Below, one piece after another: positions 21,794 through 34,498 of a stretch of DNA of 64,000 bases. Source of the stretch: Scenedesmus sp. PABB004 (Eukaryota). The notes beneath the pieces are model-generated. The model saw only the letters and a program-made list of their open reading frames with translations. It was not told the origin of the DNA and did not search any database. The DNA is taken from assembly GCA_014905635.1 (NCBI GenBank), contig JABVCE010000008.1, positions 1,054,001 to 1,118,000 on the forward strand. Direction: 5' to 3'. The translations under genes were made by a program, and so were the position numbers. Within the stretch, counting starts at the first letter, position 1; every line of letters begins with the position of its first letter.

Positions 21794-24700
21794 TCAGTCT
21801 GTGTCCATCGGCGCCGCGCCGCTGCCAAGCGCAGGCGTGGCAGCCGCCGCCGCCGCCGCCGCCTGCTGCTGCTGCCTCTGCTGCTGCTGCTGCTGCGCCG
21901 CGTGCGCCTGCAGCAGGCGCATCACAACGTCGTCGGCGGTGAGCGACGCCGACGGCGCCGAGGGGCCGGCCACATGCGGCAGCGCCGGCGCTGCAACGGC
22001 GCGCAGGGGCGGCGCCGCGGCGAGCGCCGCGGGCGGCGCCGGCGCCGGCGTGGCCGCGGCCGCCGGCGGCGGCGCGGGCGCGCCGCCCTGCGCTGCTGCC
22101 GCCTGCCGCGGCACGGCGGGGGCTGCGCCCCCGGCCGGCGGGCGCGCGGCGTGCGCGAGCCCGTTGCTGCCGGGCGCGGGCGCCGGCGCGGCGGGTGCTG
22201 CCAGCTCCGCCGGCGGGCCCGGCTCGGCCTTGACCGCACTGGCGACGGGCGCGCCGGGCGTCTGCGCCGCCGGCGGCCGCGCCTTGCCTGGGCCCGCCGC
22301 GGAGGGCGACGCGGGGCCGCGCGGGCTGAGCGGCGCGCCGCCGCCGGGCGCCGCCGCCGCCGCGACCGGCGTGGCGAGGCCCTTGAGCACGCCCCCGCCG
22401 CCCGCCGCCGCGGCGCGCGGCGACATGGGCCCGCGGCCGCCGCGCGGGCTGGTCGGCCCGGCGCCGCCGGCCTTGCCGCCCGCGCCGGCGCGCGCGCGGG
22501 GCGAGAGCGGCCCCAGCGGCGGCTTCTCCGCCGCGCCGCCGCCCGGCAGCGGCAGCGCCGCCGCGAGCTGCGGGTCCAGGGTCCAGCCCAGGTCGCCCGC
22601 CGTGGCCGCCAGCTTGCCGAGGATCATCCTCAGCCGCTCCACCTTGCCCTGCAGCCGCTCCGCGGTGCGCTGCGCGCGCGGCGGCACCTTCTGCGCGCCC
22701 GGCCCCGCGCCGGGCGCCGGCGAGGGGCCGGCGCCGGCGCCACTGCTCGACACGCCGCTCACGGTGCTCGCCTTGGCCGCGCCGCCGCGGCCGCCGGGCA
22801 CGATGCGCACGACGAGGTGCAGCTGCTCCGCCGTCGCGCCGGCCAGGGGCGAGCCCAGCACGTCGCCGGAGCCGCTGTTGCGGCGCAGCTGCAGCGGCGG
22901 CAGGTTGGGGTGCACACCGCTGCTCGCGCGGGCCGGCCCGCCCAGCGAGCCCGCGCGCGCGGCGGCGCCGGGCGCGGGCTTGTTGGGGCCGCCGCGAGCG
23001 GGCGGCCCTTGCCACCGGCGCCGCCGGGGCCGCGCTTGATGCCCGCGTGCGGCGTGGCCAGCGCCGCGTGCTCGCCGCTGCCCGGCCCCCGCGGTGAGAG
23101 GCCGCCGCTGCAGGACGCGCCCGGCGCCGCGCCCGCGGCGCCGCCAGCCGACGGCGGCGCGCCGCCCGCGTCGCCGTTGGCCGGCGTGTCGTCGGCGCCG
23201 CCCGCCGCCGCCGCAAAGCCGCGGCTGGGGCCCCGCGAGCCGGACGAGGCGCTGGCGCTGTCGCTGTCCACGCCGCGGCGCAGCTGCGGCTCCGACACCT
23301 GCGCGGCGCGGCACGGGGCGGACCGCGGCGGCGTCAGCCCCGCGCACAGGTCGGCGCGCGCACGCCCCAAGCCCCCCCACCTCTTGCGGCGCGCCCTGCG
23401 CGGCCCTGCCCAGGGCCCGAGCCGCGCCCCGCGGCGGCCCCGCGTGCGCACGCACCCGCCGCCGCCGCGCGCCAAACTTGCCGCGGCGCCGGCCGCGCTT
23501 GGAGCCGCGCGCGCGGCCGCCGCGCGGCCCGCCGCCGAGCAGCAGCTCCTCGTCGTCCGAGCTCAGCTCCTCCTCGCCCTCCTCCTCGCTGTCGGCCAGC
23601 TCAAACTCGTCGTCGCTGTGCGGCTCGTCCTCCTCCTCGCTGCTCTCGCGCGGCGGCAGCCGCCACACCACGCGCTCGTTGCGCAGCGAGAGCCACTCCT
23701 CCTCGCCGTCGGCGTAGTGCACCTGCGCGCCGGCGGCGCGACGGCGCGGCGTCGGCCGCCGCGCGCGCTGCACCGCGCACCAGGCCCCTCGCGTCGCGCC
23801 GTGCCGCGCGCCCCACCCCGCCCCTGTGCCCCGCCCCTGTGCCCCGCCCGCCCCTGTGCCCCATCCCGTCCCAGCCCCTCGCGTCCCCGCCCCGCCGCGC
23901 CGCGCGCCTTGTGGCGCCCCGTGGCGGGCTCGTAGTCGAGCACCTCCCCCAGGTAGAACGCGCGGTCGGCCTTCCAGTACACAGACACGCGCCACCCCAC
24001 CGCGTCGCGCGCCTTGGGCACGTCGTCGCCTGGGCCGGGCGCGGGCGCAGGGGGCGCGGGCGCGGGCGCGGCGTGGGCGCGGGCGCCGAGGGCGCGCGCG
24101 CCGCGCGCCGGCGTGCAGCGCGGCGCCGCCGCGCGCGCCGCGCGGCGTGCGCGCACCGTGCACCACGCCCGCGCTGACGGCGCCGTGCCGGCTCGCGCGC
24201 AGCCAGGCGACGCGCTCGAGGGTGAGGTCGGCCCACTCCTCCTCGCCGTCGAGGTAGAGCACGTGGTGCCGCCGGCGGTGCTCGTCGTAGCTCAGCACCT
24301 CGGCCTCGTGCCACGCCGCGTCGCCGGGCCAGTAGAGCTGGATGCGCCACCCCGTCGCGTCGGCGCCGCTCACGGGCGGCGCGGCCGTGCCCTGCGCGCG
24401 CGGGCGGGCAGCGGGCGTGGGCGGCGCGGGCGGCGCAGAGCGGAGCGGCGCGGGCGGCGCGCGCGGCGCGGGCGGCGCGCGCGGCGCGCGCGGCGCGGGC
24501 GGCGCGCGCGGCGCGCGCGGCGCGCGCGACGGCCGGCGGCGCGCACACCTCGGGCTGCGCCGGCGCGGCCGGCAGCGGCAGCCCGTCCCCGGCGAGCGTC
24601 GGCAGCGGCTGCAGCCCGTCGGCGCCGAGCGCGGCCATGAGGCCGTGCAGCGCGGGGCGGTAGCCCGCGCTGCTCGCGCGCGGCGCGTGCCACACGAAGC

Positions 24701-26099
24701 GCTCGCGCTCGAGCCGGATCGCCTCGCTCTGCCCGTCGTCGTAGCGGATCACGTACTTGCCGCTGCCCGGCGAGTACGACAGCAGCTTGCCCTGCGCGCG
24801 GGGGCGCGCGGAGGCGCCGGGGGTGCGCGCGTCGGCGCGCACGCGGCGGGGCGCGGGCGCCGTGCCGAGCGCTGCGCGCCGAGCTGGACGAGCGCCGCGG
24901 GACGCGCGCCCGCCGCACGGGCGGCACGCGCGCACCCGGTAGTGCACGCGGTCCAGCCGCCAGTACACGCCGACGCGGCAGCCCACGGCGAGGTGCTTGT
25001 CGTGGATGGGCGCCAGCGCCGCGGGCCGCGCGCCTGCCGCGCCCGGCCGCCCCGCCCCGCGGCGGCGTTTGGCCGCGCTGTCGGCGGCGCCGCCCCCGTC
25101 ACGCGCGTGCTTGCCCAGCGCGCTGCGCGCGCCGGGCTTGCCGCCGGGCAGGCTGCTGCCGCTGCGGCGCGGCGGGGGGCGCGGTCAGCGGCACGGGTCA
25201 GCGGCGGCCGCGCCCGCTGGGCTGGCCGCGCCCGCGCGGCCGAGCCTCCCACCCCCCTGACCGCCCGCCGCGCGCGCTCACTTGGTCAGCGCCGCCTTGC
25301 CAGCGCCCTTGCCAGCGCCCTTGGCGCCCTTGGCGCCGGGGCGGCCCTTGGCGCCCTTTGGCTGCGGGCCGGGCGTGAACGCCGCCGCCAGCGCCGCGGC
25401 GGCCGCCGCCGGCGTCGCCGCGGCGCCGCCGGCGCTGCTGCTGTGCCGCGGCGTCGTCGCCGCGCCGCCGGCGCCGGCGCCGGCGGCGCCGCCGGCCGCC
25501 GGCGCGCCCGGCTCGGGCGGCGGCGCGTCGCCGTCGTCGCACCAGACCACCGGCTCGTGGCGCAGCACGAGCGTCTGCGAGTCGCCGTCCTTGTAGATGA
25601 TGGTGTGCCGGTCGCTGCGCGGGTCGTACGCGCGCACCGTGCCCTGGTACCACTTTTGCATCGCCGGCCAGTAGACGCGCAGGCGGCGCCCGACCGCCGC
25701 CTCGCGCGCGAGCTCGGGGCGGTGCGTCGGGTTGGCCGCCGCGCTCGCCGGCAGCAGCGCCGCCCACTTGAGCCGCACGTCGCCGATGCACAGCCACTCC
25801 TCGGCCTTGGTCGCCTTGAAGCGCAGGCGGTGCTGCCCGCTCTCGGCGCTGAAGTCGACGACCGACGCCGCCTCCCAGCCCTTGGCGCCGCCGCGCGCGG
25901 TGAGCACGCTGCACTTGCGGCCGACGACCTCGGCGCCAAAGAGCGGCCCCGCCAGCGCGGGCGGCCGCTTGCCGCCGCCGGGCGTGCGCGGCGTGTGCGC
26001 CGCGGTCGGCGTGTGCGCCGCCGCCGCCGCCGCCGCCGCGGTCGGCGAGCCGAGGCCGTCGTGCGTGCGCAGCGACGCAAGGCCGCCCGCCGACGCCAT
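21794..26099 (-). CDS. Multi-Tudor (five Tudor-like repeats) chromatin reader, multi-exon
   Basis: Repeats VGRKCSVL..., VGRRLRVYWPAMQKWYQGTVRAYD...HTIIYKDGD, VGCRVGVYW...YVIRYDDG, TGWRIQLYWPGDAAWHEAEV...HVLYLDGEEE, VGWRVSVYWKAD...VHYADGEEEW; acidic tract and Pro/Ala-rich C-terminus. Confidence 0.8.
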
Positions 26100-27095
26100 G
26101 GCGCCCGCTGCCGCTGTTGCCGCTGCTGGAGCTGCTGCTGTCAGCTCAAGGCGCGCCGCCGCTCAGCGCCGCGCCGCCGCCATCGGCGAGCTCCGCTCCG
26201 CGTCGCCTGCGGCGCGCGGCGGCGCGCGGGCGCTCAGGAGGCCGGCGCGCCTGGCGTGGGCGTGACGCGCGCCCCGGTGTGTGCGGTGTGCTCAGGGGCG
26301 CCCCGCCGCGCCAGGTGCGGCCGGGGCGGGGCGCTGGGGCGAGTGATGGAGCCCGCTTGCAAACGCGGGGCCCCACGCCCGCTGCGCTGGCCCAGGCGCC
26401 CGTCGCGATGGCCGAGAGCGAGAGGGGGATGCTGCACACGCGAGATCAACGCCGTCCGCGCCCACAGCGCCGCGGGGCGCAGCGGCGCGGGGGGGCCGCG
26501 CAATCCTCCCGGGCGAGCCCGCCCAGACCGCGCTGGGCGCCGGCCCGCGGGGCATGCGCGCTGCCCACGCCCGCAAACCCGCCGCGCCCGCGATCGAGCC
26601 GCGGCGTGCTCACCGGGCGCGCGCGAGAGGCCTGCACCAGCAGTGTCTGTCGCGAGGCCGCCGCCCGCCGCGCCGGCACGCTGCGCGTCGACCGCGCTAC
26701 CTCCGGCTGGCGCCCCGCGGGAGAAGCCGGCGCTTTGCCGGCGCTTTGCCGGCTGCAGCTGGCGCGGACCTGGACCTGTGCACTCGCGCGCTCGGCTGTG
26801 CGCGCCCTGGCTGTGGCGATCGCAGTGTGCGTGCGCTGGCCGCGCGGTCCCTGGCAACACCAGCGCGGGCGCGCCAAACCCGCTCGCCTCAGGCGTTTCG
26901 TCTGCGCGCCTACCCGCGCGCTCCCCCTCCGACGGGTGCCGGGAGCCTCGCGACTGCGGCGGGCGCTGCCGCGCTCGACGCCCCGCGCCGCGGCGGCACG
27001 CTGTGCGGCGGCACGCTGCGCGGCGGCACGCGCAGCGCGCCCGCTCCGCGCCCAGTTGCCTGCTTGCCGGCCCGGGCCGCCGCGCCGGCGACCTG

Positions 27096-29203
27096 CTACG
27101 CGGCCTTGGCCCTGGCCGCGCCGCCGCTCCGTCCCTCGCGCGCGCGCGCCACGAACCAGGCCGCCATCCACGCCCACGCTGCGCACACCCCGAGCGCGCA
27201 GTACGTCGAGGTGAGCAGCAGCGGCACAAACGGCAGCCGCCCGCGCAGCAGCGCGGCGTGGCCGAGCGACGCGTACGCCTCCACCGCGGCCAGGCCCGCG
27301 ACGTAGAGCCGCGTCCCGCGCGGCAGCCAGCCGAGCACCTCGCCCATGCTCGGCGCCGCGGCCGGCGCCGGCGCTGCCGCGCGTGGCACGCCGGCCCCCG
27401 CCTCCGGCGCCGCCTCCGCCGCGGCGGCGCGCCGCGTGCGCACGCCCGGCGCGGCCTCGCCGGCGCCGCCCGCGGCGCCGCCGCCGGGCGCCATGGCGGC
27501 GCGGTGCCGCCGGCCGTGCCCCGCGTGCGTCGCGTGCAGGCCCCAAGCCGCGCCGGCCGCGTGCGCCGCCGCGAGCGCCCAGCGCAGCGGCAGCTCCTGG
27601 TGCCCGAACAGCAGCGGGAAGAGGCCGACGTGCGCCGCGCTCGAGAGCAGCAGGTACGCGCCGCCCCAGTCGGGGTCGCGCACCGCGGCGAGCGCGAGCG
27701 GCAGCTCCACCGCGAGCGCGGCCTTCTCGTGGACGTGGTAGCCAAACACAAAGCCACACAGGTTGGCGTACGCGAGCGCGGGCGCGAGCATCGCGCGCGC
27801 GTCGCGCGGCGCCGCGCGCCACAGCGCGACGAGCGCCGGCGCGAGCGCCGCGGCGACGAGCGCCGCGCACGCGCGCGGGCCGACGTCGGGGAGCACGGCA
27901 AAGCTCGCCACGCCGACGACGCCGCCCGCCATGTTGGCGGCGGCGGCCGGGCGGCGCAGCAGCCCGGCCGCGGCGCCGGCCGCGGACGCGAGCTTGTCGC
28001 ACGCGGCGTAGAGCGCCCAGGCGTTGGGCGCCCAGTAGGCGTGGCACAGCCCGCGCGCAAAGGGGAACAGCCGCGACAGCACCTGCGCGCGCGGGCGCAC
28101 GCGCGGCGCGGGCGGCGCCGGCCCCGCTCGGCCGCGCGCGCTGCCGCCGCGGCCGCGCCGCCGCGGCCAGCATGGTGCGGCGCGCGCGCCCGGGCCCGCA
28201 CCTGCCGCAGCTGCCCCATCGCGACGAATGGCCCGAGCGAGGCCCCAAACACGGCGGCCACGCCGCCGCCGAGCGCCGCGAGCCGCGCCGCCGCGGCGGC
28301 CGCGCCGCCGCGCGGGCGCGCGGGCCGTGCCGCGCCCGCCGGGCCGGCGGCCGTGTCGTCGAGGACGTGGTGCCGCAGCAGGTACACAAAGTATGGGGGC
28401 GCCATGAAGGCGAAGAGGTGCTTGAGGTTGAGCAGCGCCGCGAAGAGCAGCCCGCCGAGCAGCGGGCGGCCCGCCTCGAGCGCGAGCAGCGACCACATGA
28501 GCACGCCTGGCGGCGGCGGCGGCGCCGGCTGCTGAGCGCGCGCGCACGGCGCGTGCTGCCCGCTCTCAGCCCTCCACGCGCTGCCGCCCCGGCCGGGGGC
28601 CCTGCCGGCCGGCGCACCCAACAAGAAGGCGTTGTACTGGAAGTGGATGCTGTCGACCATGAGAAGCCCGGCGTTGGCGACTGTAAGGAAAACCGCGGTC
28701 AGGCCGGGCGGCGCGTCGCGCGCGCGCCGCGTCGCCGCGAGCGTCGCGCCCGCGAGCACGAGCCCGCTCGCGGCCACGCTGGCGCGCTGGAACGCGACCG
28801 TCGCGGCGCTCGCGTGGCCGAGGTTGGCGAGCTCCAGCATCGCGGGGTCCACCGCCGCCGCAGCGCGCGCGAGCACCCACTCAAACCAAGCAAACAGCGG
28901 CGGATAGTCCAGCGTCCACTCCGACGTGGCCTCATAGTACCTGCGAGAGCGTGCGTGAGTGCCGCGTGCGCGGGGCCGCCGCCGCGCGCGTCTCGGCACG
29001 CCGGCGGCGCGGGGGCGACGCTGGCGCGCGCCCGCCACTGCCGTGCTGTGCTCGACCGCGCACCATTTGCTGATGGGCAGCTGGTAGGTGATGGCGAGCC
29101 AGTTGCGGTGGACCTCAAAGTCGGTCGAGCGGTAGGTGCTCGGCGCCGCGAGCAGCAGCTGCACCGCGAGCACCACGACCAGCAGCCGGTGCCGCCAGTC
29201 CAT
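27096..29203 (-). CDS. ALG8: Dolichyl-P-Glc alpha-1,3-glucosyltransferase ALG8
   Basis: YRSTDFEVHRNWLAIT, TSEWTLDYPPLFAWFE, VDSIHFQYN, LNLKHLF, RLFPFARGLCHAYWAPNAWALY, FGYHVHEKA. Confidence 0.96.
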
Positions 29204-29503
29204 GGCGGCGGCCGTGTGCGCCGCCGTGCGGACGCCGAGTATGCCGGCTCGCTCACGCTACGCGCATGGGCGCGGGGCCTGGCGGCGTGCCTCGCGGCGG
29301 CGGCGGCAGCGCAGCAGCGTCGCGTGATGGCGAGCAGCCGCGAGCTCTGCTGAGGTCGGCGCGATCGGCGCAGTCGCCGTGCGAGCGCAGCGCCCACCCC
29401 GCGAGCTGATTGCGAGCTCGGGGCGGCCCCGGGCGGCGGCAGGGCGGCGCGTCGCAGCGCTGAAGCGCGTTGACGAGCTTCAGCGGCGGTTTCGCAGCAC
29501 CTC

Positions 29504-29675
29504 ATGAACGGCGAGCCTCAGAGCCGTCTGCAGCTGCGCCTGAGCATGCTGAGGACGCCCAGCAGCCGGCCGTGCGCCTGCCGCGGCGGCGGCCACGCGC
29601 CGTCGGTGCTCGAAGCTGCGCGGCGCGGGCGGCGGTGCAGCGGTGGCAGCAGCAGCAGCAGCCGCAGCAGCAGTG

Positions 29676-29713
<38 letters not shown>

Positions 29714-30915
29714 GAGAGCACCAGCAGCACTGAGAGCAGCTGTGGGAGCAGCAGCAGCGCGGGCAGCGCGGGCAGCAGCCGCAGCGCGATCGGCGACGAC
29801 GCCGGCGCCCTGCCGGCGGCGGCCGCGCAGCAGCTGCCGGATGGCTTCTGGGATGCGCGGCGCGTGCTTTACAATCGAATGCGCCACGAGCGCGACCGCG
29901 CCAACCGCCGCGCGCGGCTGAAGCAGCTGCGGTGCGGTGCCCTGTCGGCGCCGCGCCGCGCGCGGCCGCCCGCCGCGCTGGCGCGAGCGCGGCCGCGCCG
30001 CCGGCTGAGCGCCGCCGCTGCCGCTGTCGCAGGCAGGACGAGGAGGCGCGGCTGGCGGGCATGCCGTCGGCGGCGCGCGCAGCGTACGAATCCGAGATGA
30101 CCCGCCTGCGCGTTGCAGCGGCCAGGGAGCAGCGCGCGGCGCTCGCCGACGCGCTGGCCAACGGGCTGCGGGTCGTGATCGACTGCTCCTACTGCCAGCC
30201 GCAGCAGGCGCAGCCGCACGCGCAGCACGCGCGGCGAACGGCGTGGCAGCGCGGCGCCGACGCGAGCCACGAGGTCAGGAGCCTGGCAAAGCAGATTGAG
30301 CTCGCGGTCTCGCTCAACCGGCGGTGCGGCGCCATCCCCGGCGGCCGCGCGGCACGCCCGGCAGCCCCGCGGCGCGCTGCGCCGTGCCGGGGATGCCGCC
30401 AGCGTGCTGCCGTGCCGCGCCGCGCCGCGCCGCGCCGCGCCGCGCCGCGCAGGTCGTCGCGGCCCGTGGCGCTCACGGCGACGTCCTTCACGGGCGACCT
30501 GCGCACGTTTGCGCTGCACATGGGCGCCGCGGCCTGGCCGCTCAACGCGCACGCGGAGCACCTGCTGGACGTGCTGCCGCCGGCGCAGCACCGCCTCGTC
30601 GTCCTGTCCCCGGACGCCGAGGCGCCCCTGGACGCGCCGCTTGATCCCCGCGCCGTGTACGTGGTCGGCGGCATCGTCGACCGCAGCGTCGTCAAGGGCC
30701 TGACCGCGGGCTTTGCCGCCGCGCACGGCCTGGACGTCGTTCGCCTGCCCGTCGCCGAGCACGCGGCCGCGCTCGGGCTGGACCGCCCCGGCGCGAGCAC
30801 GCGGCCGGTGCTCAACGTGAGCGACGTGGTCGTCGCGCTTGCCGAGGTTCACCGCACCGGCGACTGGGCGGCCGCGCTGACAGCGGCCGTCCCCGCGCGC
30901 AAGCGCCGCGGCTGA
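29504..30915 (+). CDS. TRM10: tRNA m1G9/m1A9 methyltransferase TRM10 (SPOUT)
   Basis: LRVVIDCSY, SLAKQIELAVSLNR, VVLSPDAE...AVYVVGGIVDR, RLPV, VLNVSDVV, AVPARKR. Confidence 0.9.
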
Positions 30916-31172
30916 ACTCGCTCGAGAACCGCGCCCAGTCCCAGCTTCCGCGGCGTCGAGTCGCTCAAACGCTCCCTGGCGGTTGCACGCACTTCCACGA
31001 CCGCCCCCCCCCCCCCCCCCCGGCTCGAGCCAGCCGTGCGCACGGGGTGCAACAGCGGGCGCCGCCGCCCGCTCGCCAAGAGCAGCGCGCTGCGCTGCGC
31101 CCGCGCCGCCGCCACACGCGCTCACGCCAACAGCCCTGCCGCGTGGCGACAGCGCCACGCGCGCTAGATCGC

Positions 31173-32891
31173 ATGGCCGACGTGGCGCCCGCCGCGGCGG
31201 CGAGCGAGGCCCAGCCCGCGGCGCCGCAGCAGAAGGCAGCAGACGAGCCCGCGGCGCAGCAGCAGGCGCCCGGGGCCGTCGCTGAGCAGCAGCAGCAGAA
31301 GCAGCAGCAGCAGGAGACGCCGGAAGAGACGCCAGCGCAGCAGGCGGACGTGCCGCAGATTGCGTTCAAGGTGCGTTCAAGGTGCAGCGCTGGCGGCAGC
31401 AGCGCGGGCCCGGCTGAGCCCGTGCCCTTGCCTTGCAGATCACCTACGGCAAGCACACGGCCGACCTGAAGCGGCCCGCCAGCTCCACGGTCGCGGAGCT
31501 CAAAGCGGGTGCGGCGCGAGCGCCGCGGCGCGGCGCGTTTGGCGGCCGCCTCGCCGCGCACCCCGCGCGCCGCCGCCGCCGCCGCCGCCGCCGCCAGAGG
31601 TGGAGCGCACGCTGTCCATCCCGCCGTCCCACCAGCGCCTGATGTTCCGGGGCAAGGCGCTCGCCGGCGACGCCGACACACTGGAAAAGGCGCGGCGCGG
31701 CGCCCGCCGGCGTCCCCGCGCGCCGCAGACCGGCGCCCGCACGCCGGCCGCGCCGCGGCCACGAACGTGTGCTCGCGCGCGCGCGCGCGCAGGTGGGCAT
31801 CAAGGCCGGCGCCAAGCTGCTGCTCATCGGCTCCAGCCAGGCCGCGATCGCCGCGGCGACCGCGGCGGCCGCGCCGGGCGGCGCCGGCGGCGGCGGCGAC
31901 GGCAAGCTCGCGTGGGACGCGCCCAAGGCGGACGAGGACGTGTGCAAGCAGCCGCAGCACGCCAAGGTCATCGCCAAGGGCGTGCCCGAGGAGGCGATGC
32001 CGGGCATCGCCGACAAGCAGGCGCGGCGGGCGCGGCGGGCGCGGCGGGCGCGGCGGGCGCGGCGGGCGCGGCGGGTGTGGGGCCGCGGCCGCCGGCGCGG
32101 CGGCGGGGAGGGGGCCGGCGCTCACATGGTCCCGCACGCCCGCGCCCGCGGCGCCGTGCGCGTCCGCGGCGCCCCGCGCCGCCGCCGCGCAGGTGCCGCT
32201 GCCCGACTCGCTGCTGCACATCAACGGCCTGCTCAACTCGCAGGGCGTCAAGGTGTCTGGCGCCGCGCCCCGCGCCGCGCCGCCGGCCCTCGGCCGCGCC
32301 CGCGCGACGCCGCCGCCCGCTCACGCCCGCCGCCCACACGTGCCCGCCTGCCGCGCCAGGTGCGGCTGACGTTCAAGCCCGAGCTCAGCCAGCTCTGGGT
32401 TGCGTCCGCCACGACCACGCAGAAGCGTGAGCTGCGGGCGCAGCGCACCGGGGGCGAGCGCCGGGGCCGCCGCCGCCTCCCCTCCCCTCTGCGCGCGCGC
32501 CGACCCGCCCCGCCCCGCCGCGCGCCCCGCGCCGCCCCCTTGGCGCCCCGCGCCGCGCGCCGCGCGCCGCAGTGCCGTACAGCTCGGTCGGCAAGATCGA
32601 GGCGTGGCCCATCCCCGACGCGCCGGGGTACAGCCTGCTCGCGCTGCACCTCGGCGCGGGCGGCGCGTCAAAGTACTGGCTCTACTTCATGCCCTCTCAG
32701 TACGTCGCCGGCGTCAAGGTGGGCGCGGCGCACCGCCGCCGGCGCGCGCTCGCCTCTGGGCGGCCGGGCGCGCCGCGGGGCCCGGGGCGGCGGCGGCGGG
32801 GCGCGCGCGGCGCGGTGGGGCGCGCTGACCACGCTGACCGCCGCTGTGCGCCGCGCAGATCCGCATCATCGGCCTGCAGGCGCTCATCTGA
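31173..32891 (+). CDS. UBFD1: Ubiquitin domain-containing protein UBFD1
   Basis: Ubl domain (STVAELK...QRLMFRGK...GIKAGAKLLLIGS), HAKVIAKGVPE, KVRLTFKPE, YSLLALHLG, KYWLYFMPSQYVAGVK. Confidence 0.88.
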
Positions 32892-33354
32892 CGCGACGCT
32901 GTCAGACGCGTGGCGGGCGGCGGATCGAGTCGTTGTAACAACAGCCGTTGCCCCGGGCCGTCCGACGACGACGACGCGCTCCCAACGACAACGCAGACAT
33001 GGCAATTGCCGCCCCCTGGCCGCCGTGCGGCGGCGGCGGCGCGGCCCACGCGCGCAGCTCGCAAGTTAACGGCTTCGTCAGGTGCTGGGTGCGCGCGGAT
33101 GTGAAAAAACCCACCCCCGGGGGGTGCAAGCCCCCCGAACCCCGCCGACGGCAGCACGCGCCCGTGCGGCGCGGCTGAAAGCCCCTGTGCACGAATTGAG
33201 TTCAGTGGCGTTCAGAAACCCGAGGTTGTGTCGCTCTACTCTACACGCTCACCATGCCGCCACACGACGGGCACGCGCGGGCAAAAAAACGCCGCGAAAT
33301 ACGGGCCGACCACCACTCACCGCTGCCCCCGCGCGACGACCCGGCGGCGCGCTG

Positions 33355-33979
33355 CTACTGCGGCTGCGGCGGGCCGCCGGGCGGCGCGCCGGGCGGCGCG
33401 CCGGGCGGCGCGCTGCCCTGCAGCCACTGCTCCACGCGCGCGCTGGCGTGCTGGTCGCGGTCGACAACCGCGGCGTCGCCGCCGTCGTCCGACCCCCGCG
33501 ACGCCGCGGCTGCGGCCGCGGCCGCCGCCGCCGCCTTGGCCCCGCTGGCGCGGCCGCTGCTGTTCAGGCTGCCGCTGACGCTGCGCGGGCGCCTGACCGG
33601 CACGTCGTCCGAGCGCGGCGACTCGATGTCACCGGCGGCGGCGGCCGCCGCCTTGCTCACCATCGACGGCGTCGCGAGCACGGGCGGCCACAGCAGCGCG
33701 GGGTCGCGCTCGCCCGTCGAAGGGTCCAGCCCCGGCACGCGCAGCATCAGCGCCTTGCGCCGCTCGCGCGAGATGCGCCTGCGCGGGCGGGCGCGCCGGC
33801 GGTCGCGCGGCGTCGGCGTCGGCGCGCGGCCGCGGCCGCTGGCAAGTCTGCGCAACTAGGACCGTACAGACTTCCCCCCCCCCCCCCCCCCACCTGTACA
33901 GAAGGATCGCGCTCACGAAGAGCATGATCGGCAGCACGAAGGCGAGCAGGACCCAGCAGACGGTGGCGCGAAAGGCCAT
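33355..33979 (-). CDS. Small single-pass membrane protein of unknown function (2 exons)
   Basis: Hydrophobic N-terminus MAFRATVCWVLLAFVLPIMLFVSAILLY; a short GT-AG intron (~33848-33894) joins it in frame to RLASG...ALMLRVPGLDP...; stop at 33355. Confidence 0.5.
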
Positions 33980-34498
33980 GCTGCCTGCTGCCGCCGCTGC
34001 ACGGCTCTACAGCTCAGCCGCCTGTGGACGCGGCGTGGCGGGGTGTCGGCCAGCGTGATGGAAGGTGCGAGCGGGCGCGGCGCGGCCCCGATTGCGCGCG
34101 CCGGGGGCGAGCAGCCGGGTGCTGCGTGCGCACCGCTCGCCCCGCTCGCCCGGCGTCCCGCGGCCCCCGCAGGCCTGTGCAGGGCCTCCAGCGTCTCTGT
34201 CGGGCGCCGTGCGCGCCTCCCAAGCAAACCGCGCGTCGGAGTTTGCTAGTCGGAGGAACGCGGGCTGCCGCTTCTACGCGGGCGGCCGTCTAGTGGCGCG
34301 GGACGGCACGGAGGACGCGATGGCGCGAGCGTGCGCGGGGCGAGAAGGGCGCAGCCGGCGGCGGCGGCATTTTTCGGCGATGACGACCGGCGCTTCAGCG
34401 GACGATTCCCTGCGCGACGGCTGCACGCGCCGCCGACCGCCGCCGCCCGCCGCCGCCCGCCCTCACTGCGCCGCCGTCCCTCACGCCGCCGCCGCCCC

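Noticed and set aside
24342..28535. 1397-aa ORF and the many other long Ala/Arg/Gly/Pro ORFs in the track
   Set aside because: They are antisense or off-frame shadows of real genes, caused by the scarcity of stop codons at extreme GC; no domain motifs.
29204..29503. Short head-to-head gene spacing (ALG8/TRM10; also IF3/unknown and DGS1/esterase) as a functional cluster
   Set aside because: The functions are unrelated and such spacing is ordinary for a compact algal genome.
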